A stretch of DNA of 63,649 bases, counting the filler, from Stramenopiles sp. TOSAG23-2 (lineage: Eukaryota), in the NCBI GenBank assembly GCA_900128395.1. It is 12 parts of 12 records of this genome, joined end to end, with 100 filler letters (N's around TTAATTAATTAA, not from the genome) between each part and the next. Parts side by side here need not be neighbours in the genome. Positions count along the whole stretch, not along the records: positions 1 to 6,515 come from LT650452.1; positions 6,616 to 13,130 come from LT650453.1; 10 more parts are not named here. One strand, written 5' to 3'. This document shows, in pieces, positions 1 through 11,854 of the stretch. The notes under the pieces are model-generated. The model ran no database searches. It saw nothing but the letters and a program-made list of their open reading frames with translations, and was not told where the DNA came from. The first letter of the stretch is position 1, and each line of letters opens with the position of its first letter. The position numbers and the translations under genes were made by a program.

Positions 1-3000
1 AATGGTAGTAATGGTAATAATAATAATATGACATTGAAAGAATACGTGAATCAAGAAGGTAAACGTAGTGATAGTTTCGAATGTACACCTTTAATGGCAG
101 CTGCAGAGAAAGAACATTTCCAAATAGTTAAATATTTGATTGAACAAGGTGAAGCTGATCTTAATATTGGAAATAGCAGACATGGATTAACTGCATTACA
201 TTGGGCAGCACAATGGAACAAAAAGAGTACTGCGGTGATTAATTTGTTATTAACTAATATGTCTCTTAATAGCATTAATAAGAAGGATTCGGTGGGATAC
301 ACTCCCCTGGACAGGGCATGTTATGGTAATCATAGTCCAATTAAACAAAAGATCATTGATCTTATACGTTCAAAAGGTGGAAAACGCGGAGATGAATTAT
401 CTAATTTACACAATGCAATCAAATCTGAAAATATGGAATTATTTCGGAAATATATGAATGAAGATGATATTAGTTTGCAAGGATACATGTCCAATGATCC
501 GGAAAAATCCCTATTACGATACGCAATCGATGTTTTAAATATGAACATATATAAAATAATAGCAAATGATAAACGTATCAATCAAAACAATGAAGAATTC
601 GAAATAAATGGTAAAACCAATTTACATTACATATGCGAGATGCAAGTTAATAAATCTAACGAAGGCAAACATTTTGAATTAACAAAACATATTTATAACA
701 AAATAAAACCAACATACCATGATAGAGTAGGTCGTGATCGTTATGCTATTGTGCGTCATATTTGTAGTTGGCCATTAGTCGTTAAATGGGCCAAATCGCT
801 CGGTACCAAATTTCAACGTTATAAAATTACCAACGAAGAAAAACCTGTACATCAATCCTCAACATCAATTGTATTTTTTGCTACGGATATTGAAGACAAC
901 AATAACCAAGTAGCATTAAAATTAATGAAGAATTATGTTGAATTTGAGCGTGAGATTACTGCACGATTTATTAGTGATACTAATTTTGATGGTACAATTG
1001 ATAAATGTGTTGTCAAAGTACTTGGTTGGCATTTACCAAACGATGAAACAAAACTTCCATTAGAAAACCATCATGAAAAACAACGAGTTTGTGTCGTAGA
1101 ACCAACTTTTCACTCTGAGTACCAATATGTATTAGTCATGGAACGTGGTATTGTATCGTTATTTCACGAGCTTTCTACACAACGTATTGCTGGTTACAAT
1201 CCAAATACAATTGTCAATATATTTCATCAAGCTGTGACAAAAGTAAAAGAATTGCATCATGATTTACAATATGTACATTGTGATTTAAAACCACGCAATT
1301 TTTTATATGTTAGACGCGATGAAAAAGAAGAACAATTGCTATTATGTGATATGGATGCTGCATGTGAAAAAAATAGTCAACGGGATAACAGCTTAAAATA
1401 TAGTACCGGATATTGTCCACCGGAACTAGCTCGTTGTATATTCACTACTAATGGTGGCAAGTTGAAAAAAATCGAAACATCATTTGATGTTTGGTCATTA
1501 GGTGTATTATTATATGAATTGTGCACGGGTCAAAATTTATTTCCACAAGATATTAGTAATGATAATATTGTCAATGAAATTGATAAAACAATTTTATGTG
1601 CATGGCATACTATCCCTGATTCATATTTAAGATTAGTTGATTTTCCAACAAATCCACAAATGTCAAAAGATGCCAGAAATTTAATTCGTTGGTGTTTAAA
1701 AGGTAAAAGCCAACCTGATAACATTCTATCTCTTGAAGACAAATTAAATTATCGACCATCACTTCAAAATATATTGGATCACCGTTTTTTGAATCCAAGC
1801 AATAAAAACGAACCGGGTCAACAACCTATGAAATACCATATGTTTATATCCCATATGCAAGCTGAATCGTCTGGGGAAGTCGGTACATTATTTAATGCAT
1901 TGAAACAATCCGGGGTACATGTATGGCGTGATATGTCACAGAAAAAAATTGATGCAAATAGTATGATACAAGGTGTGATTGATTCTGATATATTTGTTGT
2001 CATGTTAACAAATAGTTATATGTCACGATGGTATTGTTTGTTAGAATTTGCTACTGCATTGTTCTATAACAAACCAATTATTGTTATTGTAGAAGAAAAT
2101 CCAATGTTTTGGCAATGGGATTTAAAACGATGGCAAGAAAATATGTGTTCGCGCAAGTCAAATCATAAAAATGCGGAAGAACGTGGATGGAAAAGTTCAA
2201 TGGGATTTGATGCAAAAGGGAAAATGGTTTCAACGTTACAAAATACATATGCGGACCTTGAGACCAAAGATATGGGATTTACTATCTTTTGGGAGTTAAA
2301 AGATAGTCCCAATACTGCAAATCATATACGTAAATTGATAATTGATATGTATGATAATGATCAAATGATACCACATCGTCGTCGTGGATTTGAATATGAA
2401 GCTATGGTATATGAATTGTTAAGTCGTGCTGAGATTCAAGTACCTAGACCAATTCATCCTTGTTTTAAAACACATTCGTTTATGGTTATTTATGCTGAAA
2501 ATTCAGTTGATAATATAAAATCTGGGAAACATATTGGTCAAGGTATAGAAAAATCATTACTGTCTCGCCAACAAACAATTGCATCTGTTGTTTCAGAAGC
2601 TGAATATGTTGTAATAATTTTGACCGGAGGTGTATTAGAAGATGATAGTTGTCTTCGTAATTTAAAAATGGTTTTGGATGAAAAAAAAGAATTATTGTTC
2701 ATCATGTCAAAAGTAGATGATTGGATATTTGAAGCTAGTGATACTGAAATAAAAGCAAATAATAATACTGCTAAAATAATACGAAAGATGTTAAATGGTC
2801 ATGAAGTTATGTCGTATCGACCAAAAGGTGGAAATCGTAATTATGAACATGAATCAATGATGAATGAAATGATGATGGAACGTTTGGGTGTGGCAACAGT
2901 AATAGAAGATGTTGGAACAACAATGGTGAACGATCAGGAGAATGTTGTGGTGGATACGGAAGAAGAAGAAGAGAAAGTTAGTGTTAATGTCAAGGTGGAC

Positions 3001-3045
3001 ATTTTAAAAAATAGTGGTGCCGTGCGACTGTTAGATCCGAGATAA
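1..3045 (+). CDS. Ankyrin-repeat / protein kinase / TIR / TIR-like multidomain protein (5'-truncated; frame open from position 1)
   Basis: Ankyrin motifs TPLMAAA, TALHWAA, TPLDRA. Kinase motifs VALKLMK, FEREI, HCDLKPRN, LCDMD (DFG position), YCPPE, DVWSLG. TIR motifs MFISH..VHVWRD..SDIFVVMLTNSYMSRWYCLLE..KPIIVI. Second TIR-like fold FMVIYA..AEYVVIILTGGVLEDDSCLRNL. Confidence 0.85.
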   Translation, partial: NGSNGNNNNMTLKEYVNQEGKRSDSFECTPLMAAAEKEHFQIVKYLIEQGEADLNIGNSRHGLTALHWAAQWNKKSTAVINLLLTNMSLNSINKKDSVGYTPLDRACYGNHSPIKQKIIDLIRSKGGKRGDELSNLHNAIKSENMELFRKYMNEDDISLQGYMSNDPEKSLLRYAIDVLNMNIYKIIANDKRINQNNEEFEINGKTNLHYICEMQVNKSNEGKHFELTKHIYNKIKPTYHDRVGRDRYAIVRHICSWPLVVKWAKSLGTKFQRYKITNEEKPVHQSSTSIVFFATDIEDNNNQVALKLMKNYVEFEREITARFISDTNFDGTIDKCVVKVLGWHLPNDETKLPLENHHEKQRVCVVEPTFHSEYQYVLVMERGIVSLFHELSTQRIAGYNPNTIVNIFHQAVTKVKELHHDLQYVHCDLKPRNFLYVRRDEKEEQLLLCDMDAACEKNSQRDNSLKYSTGYCPPELARCIFTTNGGKLKKIETSFDVWSLGVLLYELCTGQNLFPQDISNDNIVNEIDKTILCAWHTIPDSYLRLVDFPTNPQMSKDARNLIRWCLKGKSQPDNILSLEDKLNYRPSLQNILDHRFLNPSNKNEPGQQPMKYHMFISHMQAESSGEVGTLFNALKQSGVHVWRDMSQKKIDANSMIQGVIDSDIFVVMLTNSYMSRWYCLLEFATALFYNKPIIVIVEENPMFWQWDLKRWQENMCSRKSNHKNAEERGWKSSMGFDAKGKMVSTLQNTYADLETKDMGFTIFWELKDSPNTANHIRKLIIDMYDNDQMIPHRRRGFEYEAMVYELLSRAEIQVPRPIHPCFKTHSFMVIYAENSVDNIKSGKHIGQGIEKSLLSRQQTIASVVSEAEYVVIILTGGVLEDDSCLRNLKMVLDEKKELLFIMSKVDDWIFEASDTEIKANNNTAKIIRKMLNGHEVMSYRPKGGNRNYEHESMMNEMMMERLGVATVIEDVGTTMVNDQENVVVDTEEEEEKVSVNVKVDILKNSGAVRLLDPR

Positions 3046-3770
3046 ACATTCCCCACCATGGTTGGGGGATGTTTAGAAAATTTTTTTAAATTTAAGCGTA
3101 GTTTTGTTAACAAGTCTTCAAAATTTTTAGAGACATTTAATTTTGGAAATACGTAAATTGTGGTTTTTTGTGTTATATTTTAAAGTTAATATTAACATGT
3201 ATTGTAATACTATTCTCATGCTAAAAATAGTATATTGTAATCGGAAATTATTAATCCATTGCCGAAGGCGAGAAAAAAATGAGAAAATTAAATTTTGATA
3301 ATCAAACTTGTCAGTGATAAAAATTATGTTTGATTAAATTAATCAAATTGTTTGATTTTGTTTGATTAGGATTAACCCTACACACTATTTTTACCATATT
3401 GACCCAACAAATATGGGTGGGCCACCCAAAATTATGTTTGATTAGTGGTGCCGTCGTACGGTGCCCATTATGCTAAAATGTCCACCTTGGTTAATGTTGA
3501 TGATGATGAACGCAAAGAAGATTGAAAAAAAAAGTTTTTAGGAAGCTCGGAAACCCGGAAGAGAGAATAATTTTAGAAAAGTTAAAATCTACTGGAAATA
3601 CGCGTACGAATATAAAAAACCAAAAAAATATACAACAAAAAATAATTAAAAAGAGAAAAAAAGAGATTTTAAAACTCATTAAATTTTTTATTTTCTAATC
3701 TCACTCCAATCACTCTCACTTCATTTCATCGCACATCGCACCACATATCATCTACACCATAATGTTTTTA

Positions 3771-3807
3771 AACCTTACACCCTACACCCTACACCCTACA
3801 CCCTACA
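3771..3807. repeat. Short (CCCTACA)n heptamer tandem repeat
   Basis: ccttacaccctacaccctacaccctacaccctacac. Confidence 0.8.
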
Positions 3808-3832
3808 CGCACACATTTAAAAACCTTTTTTC

Positions 3833-6515
3833 TCAAAACATATCCATAATTGATTTAGTCACGATCGTATGTTCCACTAAACGTTTTAATCGTGTATCGG
3901 GTTGATCGATAACATATTCCTCAATTTGTTTATTCATTTCTTCTTCATTTAATTTATGTTCACGTGCCAATGCCATTTCAGGTGGCAATGCTGGACCAAA
4001 TATTTGTTTCATATCTTCAATTTCCTTTAATTTCTTCTGTTTCCATACTTCACTATCAATACGAAAATGTATATCTTCTCGTACATCATTATCATCCTCA
4101 TTATTATGTTGTTGCAACAAATCAACATCATCATCATCTTCATGATAATTTTCATATTCAATTGTAAATTCATCATCATTATTGTTGTTATCATCATCAT
4201 TATTTGAGTTATGATTAAATTTTAATCGAGCAATACGTGTGGGTGGACGTATTTTTTCCTTCATTTGTTTTTTTTTGGTTGATAATCCATATTGTAAATT
4301 CATTATAATAGCATTGATTTCATCTGCAATTTGTATACGATATTTTTGATTCATGAAATAATTATAATCTGGTGCACCTATTAAAGCCATTAATGCTCCT
4401 ACTAAACAATCTTCACGTTGAAAATGTTTCTTAGCAAATGCAATACTATCTATAATATGTTGATCATATAAATGATCATCTTCATCTTCATAAACTTTCA
4501 TATCAATTACGTCGTCTACGTCGGCCTCATCGTTTTTTTTATCATTCTTGTTGGCATCTGTATTATTAGTATTATTATTATTATTATTATTGTTGTTATT
4601 ATCTGTTTTTTCTTCATCGTCGTCTTGTTGGAGGACCGTGTTGTCATTACCCGTAGCAGTAGTATTCGTATTTGTTGTCGTCGTATTTGATGAAGATGCA
4701 TCATTACCACTCATATTATTAACAATATTTTTTGTAATTGGATCAACTTGATAATTTGTTTTAGTATTAAATAACTTCATCATACCTTCATTTATTAAAT
4801 TTTCATGTTGTTTTAATAATTCAATTTTTTGTAATTCTTGTAATTTTGCTATTTCAGCATCTATATCAATCGTTTTTAATAATTCTTCATTTTGTTTATT
4901 TATTCGTTCTCGTTGCTTTTTACGTTTGATTAAATATTCTTCCTTTGTTTTTGGGTATGATTGACGTATATGATTCACATATTCTAATACATGAAATAAA
5001 TATTCGATTTTTGCATTTTTATAATATCGTTCATATTTATTTTTGATTAATTTTTTAGCTTTTTTTAATTTATTTTCTATAATTAATTTACGTAATTTTG
5101 ATCGTGTTTGTAAATCATCATCTACTTCAAATGATGTGGTATTGTTAATATCTACATTTGATGTGGTGGTGGAAGAAGTGGTTGTTGTTGTTGTTGTTGT
5201 GGTGGTGGTGGTGGTGGTACTAGTTTCATTATCATTGTGGATATTATCTGTTGTTTTACTAGCAGCATCATTATTACTACTATTATTATTATTATTATTA
5301 CCATTTGTATTGGTAGATTTCTTACTACCAACACTTGCTTTGTTATTACTATTTTTAATTTGATCATTTTTTAATAATATTTCTAAGGTATCTTTATATC
5401 CATTCATATATAAATATTCATATACAATATGTCTCATTTCTTCTGAACTTATATTAGTTGCCATCAATTGTTTATTACGTTGTATATCGACTTCATCGAT
5501 AAATTTAACAATATCAAATTTAAATTTGGATGGTAAAAAAATTGCTTTTACAACTTCACCTGGTGAATGTACAGATATAGCGGGATGTAATTTTGTTGCT
5601 CTATCATTACGTAATAATGTTGGTACACGACTTTTATTATTATAATGTTTATTTGTTTGGTTATTGGTAGTTGAAGATGTTTCCGATTGTAAATCAGCCG
5701 GTTTATCCGGTGCGAAAACTTGTCTCATTTCTTCTAATTGTTTTTCATCATCTAATATTGGTATACCGGATGAAGTTTTTGTCATTGGTTTGTACGTATA
5801 TTCTTGTTCTTTTTTTTTTGGTTGTTTGGTAGTATTGTTATTCTCGTTTGACGATGTGGTTGTTGTTGTTGTGGTGGTGGTGGTGTTAGTCGATGAAGAC
5901 GGTGGCGGTGGTGGTACGATGTTTGTTGATGGTGCTAATGGTGATGATAATTTCAAGACAGGTATGTAATCATTATTAAATAACCCTGTGTTGTTGTTAT
6001 TATTATTATTATTTGATGAAGTTGGTGATGATGCTGGTGCAATAATTGGTGATATCATCGATGTTAATGAATTATTATTACGTGTGTTGTTTTTCATATT
6101 CATATCTTTCTTTGTCATATCATCATCATCATCATTATCTACATCCATCGCTTTTGGTTTCATTGATTTTTTCATATCATTATTATTCTTTGGTTTTAAA
6201 TGTATATCTGGTTCTTCATTTGTAAATATATCATTCATTCCATCATCTTCAATACCATTGTATTTAATTGGTTCAATTTGACAATTTATATTTAATGATT
6301 TTGTAAAATCCTTTTTTGTTGGTAAATTTAAATCTACTGTACCGATTAATGAACCATTTTTTGTGAAAAATATAAAACGTTCTTCAAAATGTATACCACA
6401 ACCAACTACATCACCGGTACTAAATTGTCTTTGTTCTATTGATTTTTTATTATTGTTACTATTGTTTGGAAATAATAATTCATTATTAGTATTGTTATTA
6501 TCCTCGTCGTCATCA
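3833..6515 (-). CDS. RanBP9/RanBP10 (Gid1)-like SPRY-LisH-CTLH-CRA protein, 5'-truncated by contig end
   Basis: Frame is open upstream of 6238 and reads FSTGDVVGCGIHFEERFIFFTKNG (SPRY). Also LHPAISVHSPGEVVKAIF..FKFDI (SPRY end), IVYEYLYMNGYKDTLEIL (LisH), RSKLRKLIIENKLKKAKKLI (CTLH), LMALIG..RIQIADEINAII (CRA). Confidence 0.85.
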
Positions 6516-7138
6516 NNNNNNNNNNNNNNNNNNNNNNNNNNNNNNNNNNNNNNNNNNNNTTAATTAATTAANNNNNNNNNNNNNNNNNNNNNNNNNNNNN
6601 NNNNNNNNNNNNNNNAATTACAGCAAGTGTCGTGAAAAAATGTGATACGATTATGCATCATACGTAAAAAAAGTTTTTTTCGTCCCTGTTGGGCTGCGAT
6701 GGGTATATATACCATGTGTGGGAAGAGTGTCTCAGAGACTGGAGTTTGTAGAGAGAGATATTAGAGATGCACACCTTCGACGCACTTTTTAAAATATATT
6801 TCCTTAATTGTACGATATAAATCGTCGTTTAATATTAGGTATCATAGACGAGTACGAAGTTCGTTAGGAGTTTAATGTGTGCTTTAAAACGTGAAAGACG
6901 AAAAGAGAGCGAGAGAGAGATATTCAAAATATATATAATTTAATCTTAAAATGCAAATATAACTTACGACGTATTTTTTTAATTTTACTCATGATAATTC
7001 CAGAAAGAATACAATAACTGAGACAAATCTCACTAAACTAAAAGCTCGTAACATATTGCGATAGAGTCCAATTAAATTCCACACAGAGTGTGCCAATATT
7101 TTTAAGATGATATTTAAACTTGATCTTCAACGCTTTAA

Positions 7139-7438
7139 CTACTGTGCAATTCCCGATGTTGCCCAAAGACCTAATATAAACATACACAATATCCATACTG
7201 TAATAATTGGAGTTGGGTCTCCACCACTTGGGTTCTCTTCATTCCAAAAAGGGTTATCTGGACCAATTACAAATATCATAACGAAAACACAACCAGCATA
7301 GAAGGTACGATAATCGTTCCAATCATCAATATCACCATCAGAAGCACCAAAAACATTTAATATCTGATACGCAAAAATTAAGACAAAAAAACAAATTGAT
7401 GATAGACGTTTGAAACTACTATGGTGTGATAAATTCAT
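7139..7438 (-). CDS. Small hypothetical membrane protein (about 3 hydrophobic segments), possible 5'-UTR intron
   Basis: Hydrophobic stretches ICFFVLIFAY, FYAGCVFVMIFVIG, IITVWILCMFILGLW. A minus-strand GTAAG donor lies near 7612 and an AG acceptor just before the ATG. Confidence 0.45.
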   Translation of the reverse strand: MNLSHHSSFKRLSSICFFVLIFAYQILNVFGASDGDIDDWNDYRTFYAGCVFVMIFVIGPDNPFWNEENPSGGDPTPIITVWILCMFILGLWATSGIAQ

Positions 7439-8339
7439 CACTAACTGTACAAAATATGTATATATGTATTATATTGTTGTTGTTATATAGATTATTAGTG
7501 TGAAGTCAATATATTTCAACTATTTATCAACTCAATGAAGGAAAAAAAAACGAGCGTAATTATATTAGTTTATATATATATATATATATGTAAATAAAAA
7601 TATAGATCTTACTTGTATTGTTTTATCTATCTATATTGCTGTTGTTTTATTATCCTATTTATAATTATTTTGTTACAACAATAAAATGGATTATCGATAG
7701 TAACTGTGTTTACACTATGTTTGTATATTTATGTAATTTAAAAAGACTGTAATAGAAGATTATAATAACAACAAGTAGACTCCTCTATAATAATTTCTAA
7801 CTTGCTAACTGGCTATAATAATGCTATAATAACTGCTAACTGCTATATAACTGTGGCTACAATATTAATAGAGGTGCAATATTAAGCTCATATCAACCGT
7901 GTGTGCATCAGCTTCCAGCTTCTGATTGGATGATATGATTAAGGATATTGGATTGATGTGTAAATAAAGTCACATATTACATAAAGTTTTAAAAAGAGAG
8001 ATATTAACGTATCCCTTAACATATGTTCACTTTTCAGTGTTTTTTTTCACGCTTCACAGGAGCATAAAGCATATTGTTAATTGTATCTAATAATATCGAT
8101 GTGTACAAACTATTGGAAAATAAAAAAATATATAATTTAATAATTATACATTATACACGCACATCTCATACGAAGTACATTTTACTTTTTAACACCTGTG
8201 CTACAGAAGATATATATATATACGAAGTATAATATTGCAGGGCGGATACACACACAACCACCACAACACCGTACACTCACCACACCACCACTATAGTTTC
8301 ACGCGTCACCTCTTTTTTTCTCTCTCTTTCACTCTTTTT

Positions 8340-8582
8340 TCACTCCCCACCACTATTATACATTGCAACTGGTTCACCATTTGTAAATAAAATCACACCA
8401 GAAAAATCAGGCGGTTGAGATGGTGGTCGAAATGGTCGTTCCGTAATGATATTGTTGATTAAACGTGGTGGTGGTGGTCTTGGTGCCATACCTCTTGGTT
8501 TAATCATTGGTGGTGGTCTACCTCTTCCTCTTGGTGGTATTGGTGGTGGTATACCACGTGGACGTGCTCTTGGCATTGACAT
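8340..8582 (-). CDS. Small Pro/Arg-rich hypothetical protein
   Basis: GC-richer 80-codon ORF in AT-rich surroundings; its C-terminal motif is shared with the 10730-11854 ORF. Confidence 0.6.
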   Translation of the reverse strand: MSMPRARPRGIPPPIPPRGRGRPPPMIKPRGMAPRPPPPRLINNIITERPFRPPSQPPDFSGVILFTNGEPVAMYNSGGE

Positions 8583-8879
8583 GTTTTAAAATATAGAAAC
8601 CACACAAACACACACTTACACACACACAAACGGAGAGATAGAATGAATTTATTGCTATTGATCTATTTTCACTAAACGATTTGATTGATCAAAGTATTCT
8701 AATTTTCCTTTTTAACTTAATGTAATTGATATATCTTGACAAAAAAAAAAAATTAACAAATCCAATTATTCCTGTTTATAACTATAGAAATACGAACCAG
8801 TTCCAATGTTATTCTTGTAGTTTTGAACTCTTTTTATCTTTATGAACTACTATTATTACTACTACTTCAAAATCGTCAA

Positions 8880-9010
8880 CCAATGAATCAATCAATGGAT
8901 CAATCAATGGATAAATCAATGGATAAATCAATCAATGAATCAATGACAATCAATGAATCAATCAATGGATAAATCAATAAATGAATAAATGAAACAATCA
9001 ATGAATGAAT
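8880..9010. repeat. Degenerate (CAAT/GAAT) tetranucleotide microsatellite
   Basis: caatgaatcaatcaatggat... repeated. Confidence 0.85.
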
Positions 9011-10220
9011 TACTTGTTTCTATCTAATATGTACGTATATGTACGTATGTGTCCCCATCGTTACTCACCGGTCTGTAATCTATATATATATATATATATA
9101 TATATATGTAATTTGTTATAAATTGTTTAATTTAATTGCAACTTATACGTACTACACTACTAATAGCACTATCAACTACTATTGGCTATTGCAATCACAA
9201 ACTCTCGAAATAGATCAATATATATTATCACCCTCTCTTAGTATAATAGAGAGATGGTCCATGCTATATAATACGAAATGATTGTACTAAACTTCTAGGG
9301 ATAAAAACAAACTCCTAACAATATTCTAAATATGTTAATAGGTAAATACTATATAAAACCACATGTATCATTGACATATAGTACCTGGGAGTATGGGATT
9401 CAAATTTTTGTCATTATTTATGTGGAATTATATATATTGCGCAGAGAACCTAATAATAGATGGAGATAGTTTTATCCATGCTATCGCTATGCTATCGCCT
9501 GCTATTCTCCTGCTATGAGATGTTAATCCCATTATGTCATATTTAAATTATTATATCCGATTATAGGATGATCGCATGAAACATATATTCACAAATTGTA
9601 TATATGTAATTGTAGAACTTTCTTGTATATTTTTATCTACTTTAAATATCCATAATAATAGTTATCAATAATCATAACTGCTAGTTTTATTTTTGGAATT
9701 TGAGCTGTTTTTTGATAAGATATTGTGTTTTGTTTGTTTTAAGTATGGTATTGATATACTAATTGTGTCGTTCGATCCTATTTAATTCTCCATTTCCAAA
9801 TAATGAGTCACGATTTTATAATTATGACAAAAGACATGTTTGATGTAGTAGCGTGATAGGTAGTCTCTCGTATAGGTAATAGGCAATCTTAGGTTTTTTT
9901 AATAACTGTTTATAATTAAGGTACAACATTTATTTTACATGGACATACCATTGCATATTGATTATTTATTGTTTTGGTAGTAGGATGTACTACACAACCA
10001 CGGATTTACATGGACATACCATTACCATTTTGAGGTGTTTGAGGATAGAAAACATATATTTATATATATATATATATATATGATGATGTACATGTATATA
10101 TATGATTGTGTAGGTGCTGTAAATAGATTGATAGATAGATACGTAGTTGGTGAAGTAATAATTGTGTTATCGTCTATTGTTCATTGAGAACGAGTGTCAA
10201 TATATAGTGTAATAAAAATA

Positions 10221-10428
10221 AGGATTTGATATTGATTGATTACCTGCAATACATTATTGTTGTTGTTGTATAGTAAAAAAGGATTTGATATTTTGATACA
10301 TTACCTGCAGTAGATTGTTGTAAAAGAAAACGTGAAGTGAAAGATTGATACATTACCTGCAATACATTATTATTGTTGTTGTATAGTAAAAAAAAATTTG
10401 ATATTGATACAATATTACCTGCAATACA
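10221..10428. repeat. Four degenerate ~55-62 bp tandem repeats
   Basis: Core ttgata...ttacctgca(a/g)ta at about 10240, 10301, 10353 and 10415. Confidence 0.75.
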
Positions 10429-10729
10429 AATACCGATATTACGTCACTCGATACAATTTCAATGCGTTCATTACTCGTTTATGTCTTTATCGGAAAAATA
10501 TTAGTACACAAATTTTTACAATTTATAAATAGATCCCAAATTTATATACGATACTCTTCGAGTTTCGTAATTTGACTATAAATTTCATTCGCACGTCCAC
10601 AAATGTTTAAGTACTGTATATGGTATACTCTGACACACGATCATAGGCTGAATAAATTAATCAGGACATTAGCACAGCATTTTAACACAGATTTTTTCAA
10701 TGGACACATCACGATACACAGCAGACTAG

Positions 10730-11854
10730 ATAAACAAGAGGCAAATAACACACTCATTACCTCATGCAACGCAACGTGAATTACATGCTATACATGAAGT
10801 ACGTTCATTAACAGATACAGATAATATACCACCAAGTGTATTAGGAAATTTACATTCATTAGATCCATTACAACAAGTTGCTGCATGTAAACGTGTACAA
10901 CAACAAATTAAAAGTTGGATCAGTGCACCATTGAAAGATATTTTAAATGAAGCAATTGATTGGGCTGAAGAACAAACATATGAAACATTGATGGTAATGA
11001 CACGCCGTACACCATTAACGGAACCAAAATTAGATGCAAGTGGTACCATGCAAATGATGAATACTATGACATCGTCACCACCAAATATGTTAGTACAACA
11101 GCAACAGCAGCAGCAACAACAACAAGCTATGATGCAACAACAAATTGAAAATGCAAATAAATTAGGTATACTTGAATTAGAAAAACAAGAACGTAATAGT
11201 AAAATAAAATCATTAGATAAAGATGTTCGAAGAATATTACGTAGTATACATCGAATCAGTAGTATTGCAAATGTTGGTAGTGATGATATTGATCGTTTAC
11301 AAGCATTGAAGAAAGAACGACAAATACATGTATTAAAACGTACACGTACTATGTTATTAGGTGAATATGAAAATGAACGTGCCGAAGTTGTATTACGAAA
11401 AGCATTACCAAGTCGTCGTGTTATGAAAGCATCTACAAAGAAAGCAACAAAAGGTGGTGGTAAAAAGAATGATAATGGCAAAACAACAGCGGTATCAATG
11501 GGTTCCCATCATAGTACAGTAGTACCTGGATATTCATATTCACCACGTAATAATATGCAACAACAACAAATGATGAATAATAATAATAATTCAATGCCAC
11601 CACCACGACATCAAGCAAATAATACATATCCACCAATGGGTATGAATAATGGATATTTTGGTGTTTCACCACAAATTCAACAACAACAACAACAACAGAG
11701 ACAGATACGTAGAGGCGGTGGTGGTGGTGGTCGTAGAAATGGAAATCAACCATTTAGTGGTGCTGTATATTATAATGAAAGTAGTCCAATTGCAGTGTTT
11801 GCAGGGCAAGAAGCACAACGTTCGTTTCCACAATATTATAATAATCGTGGGTGA
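10730..11854 (+). CDS. Hypothetical Gln-rich coiled-coil protein; start uncertain
   Basis: Frame is open from 10730, after an in-frame TAG at 10727-10729 that may be a splice acceptor; poly-Q tracts and a helical region LELEKQERNSKIKSLDKD. Confidence 0.65.
   Translation: MNKRQITHSLPHATQRELHAIHEVRSLTDTDNIPPSVLGNLHSLDPLQQVAACKRVQQQIKSWISAPLKDILNEAIDWAEEQTYETLMVMTRRTPLTEPKLDASGTMQMMNTMTSSPPNMLVQQQQQQQQQQAMMQQQIENANKLGILELEKQERNSKIKSLDKDVRRILRSIHRISSIANVGSDDIDRLQALKKERQIHVLKRTRTMLLGEYENERAEVVLRKALPSRRVMKASTKKATKGGGKKNDNGKTTAVSMGSHHSTVVPGYSYSPRNNMQQQQMMNNNNNSMPPPRHQANNTYPPMGMNNGYFGVSPQIQQQQQQQRQIRRGGGGGGRRNGNQPFSGAVYYNESSPIAVFAGQEAQRSFPQYYNNRG

Noticed and set aside
3771-3807. (CCCTACA)n as a true telomere
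   Set aside because: It has only about 5 copies, is internal, and lies in the GT-rich 3' flank of a gene.
3964-6281. Many short + strand ORFs rich in V/L/I (similarly antisense ORFs at 10762-11481, 30890-31330, 57991-58737, 59524-60609)
   Set aside because: They are antisense or alternate-frame shadows of low-complexity tracts in real genes.
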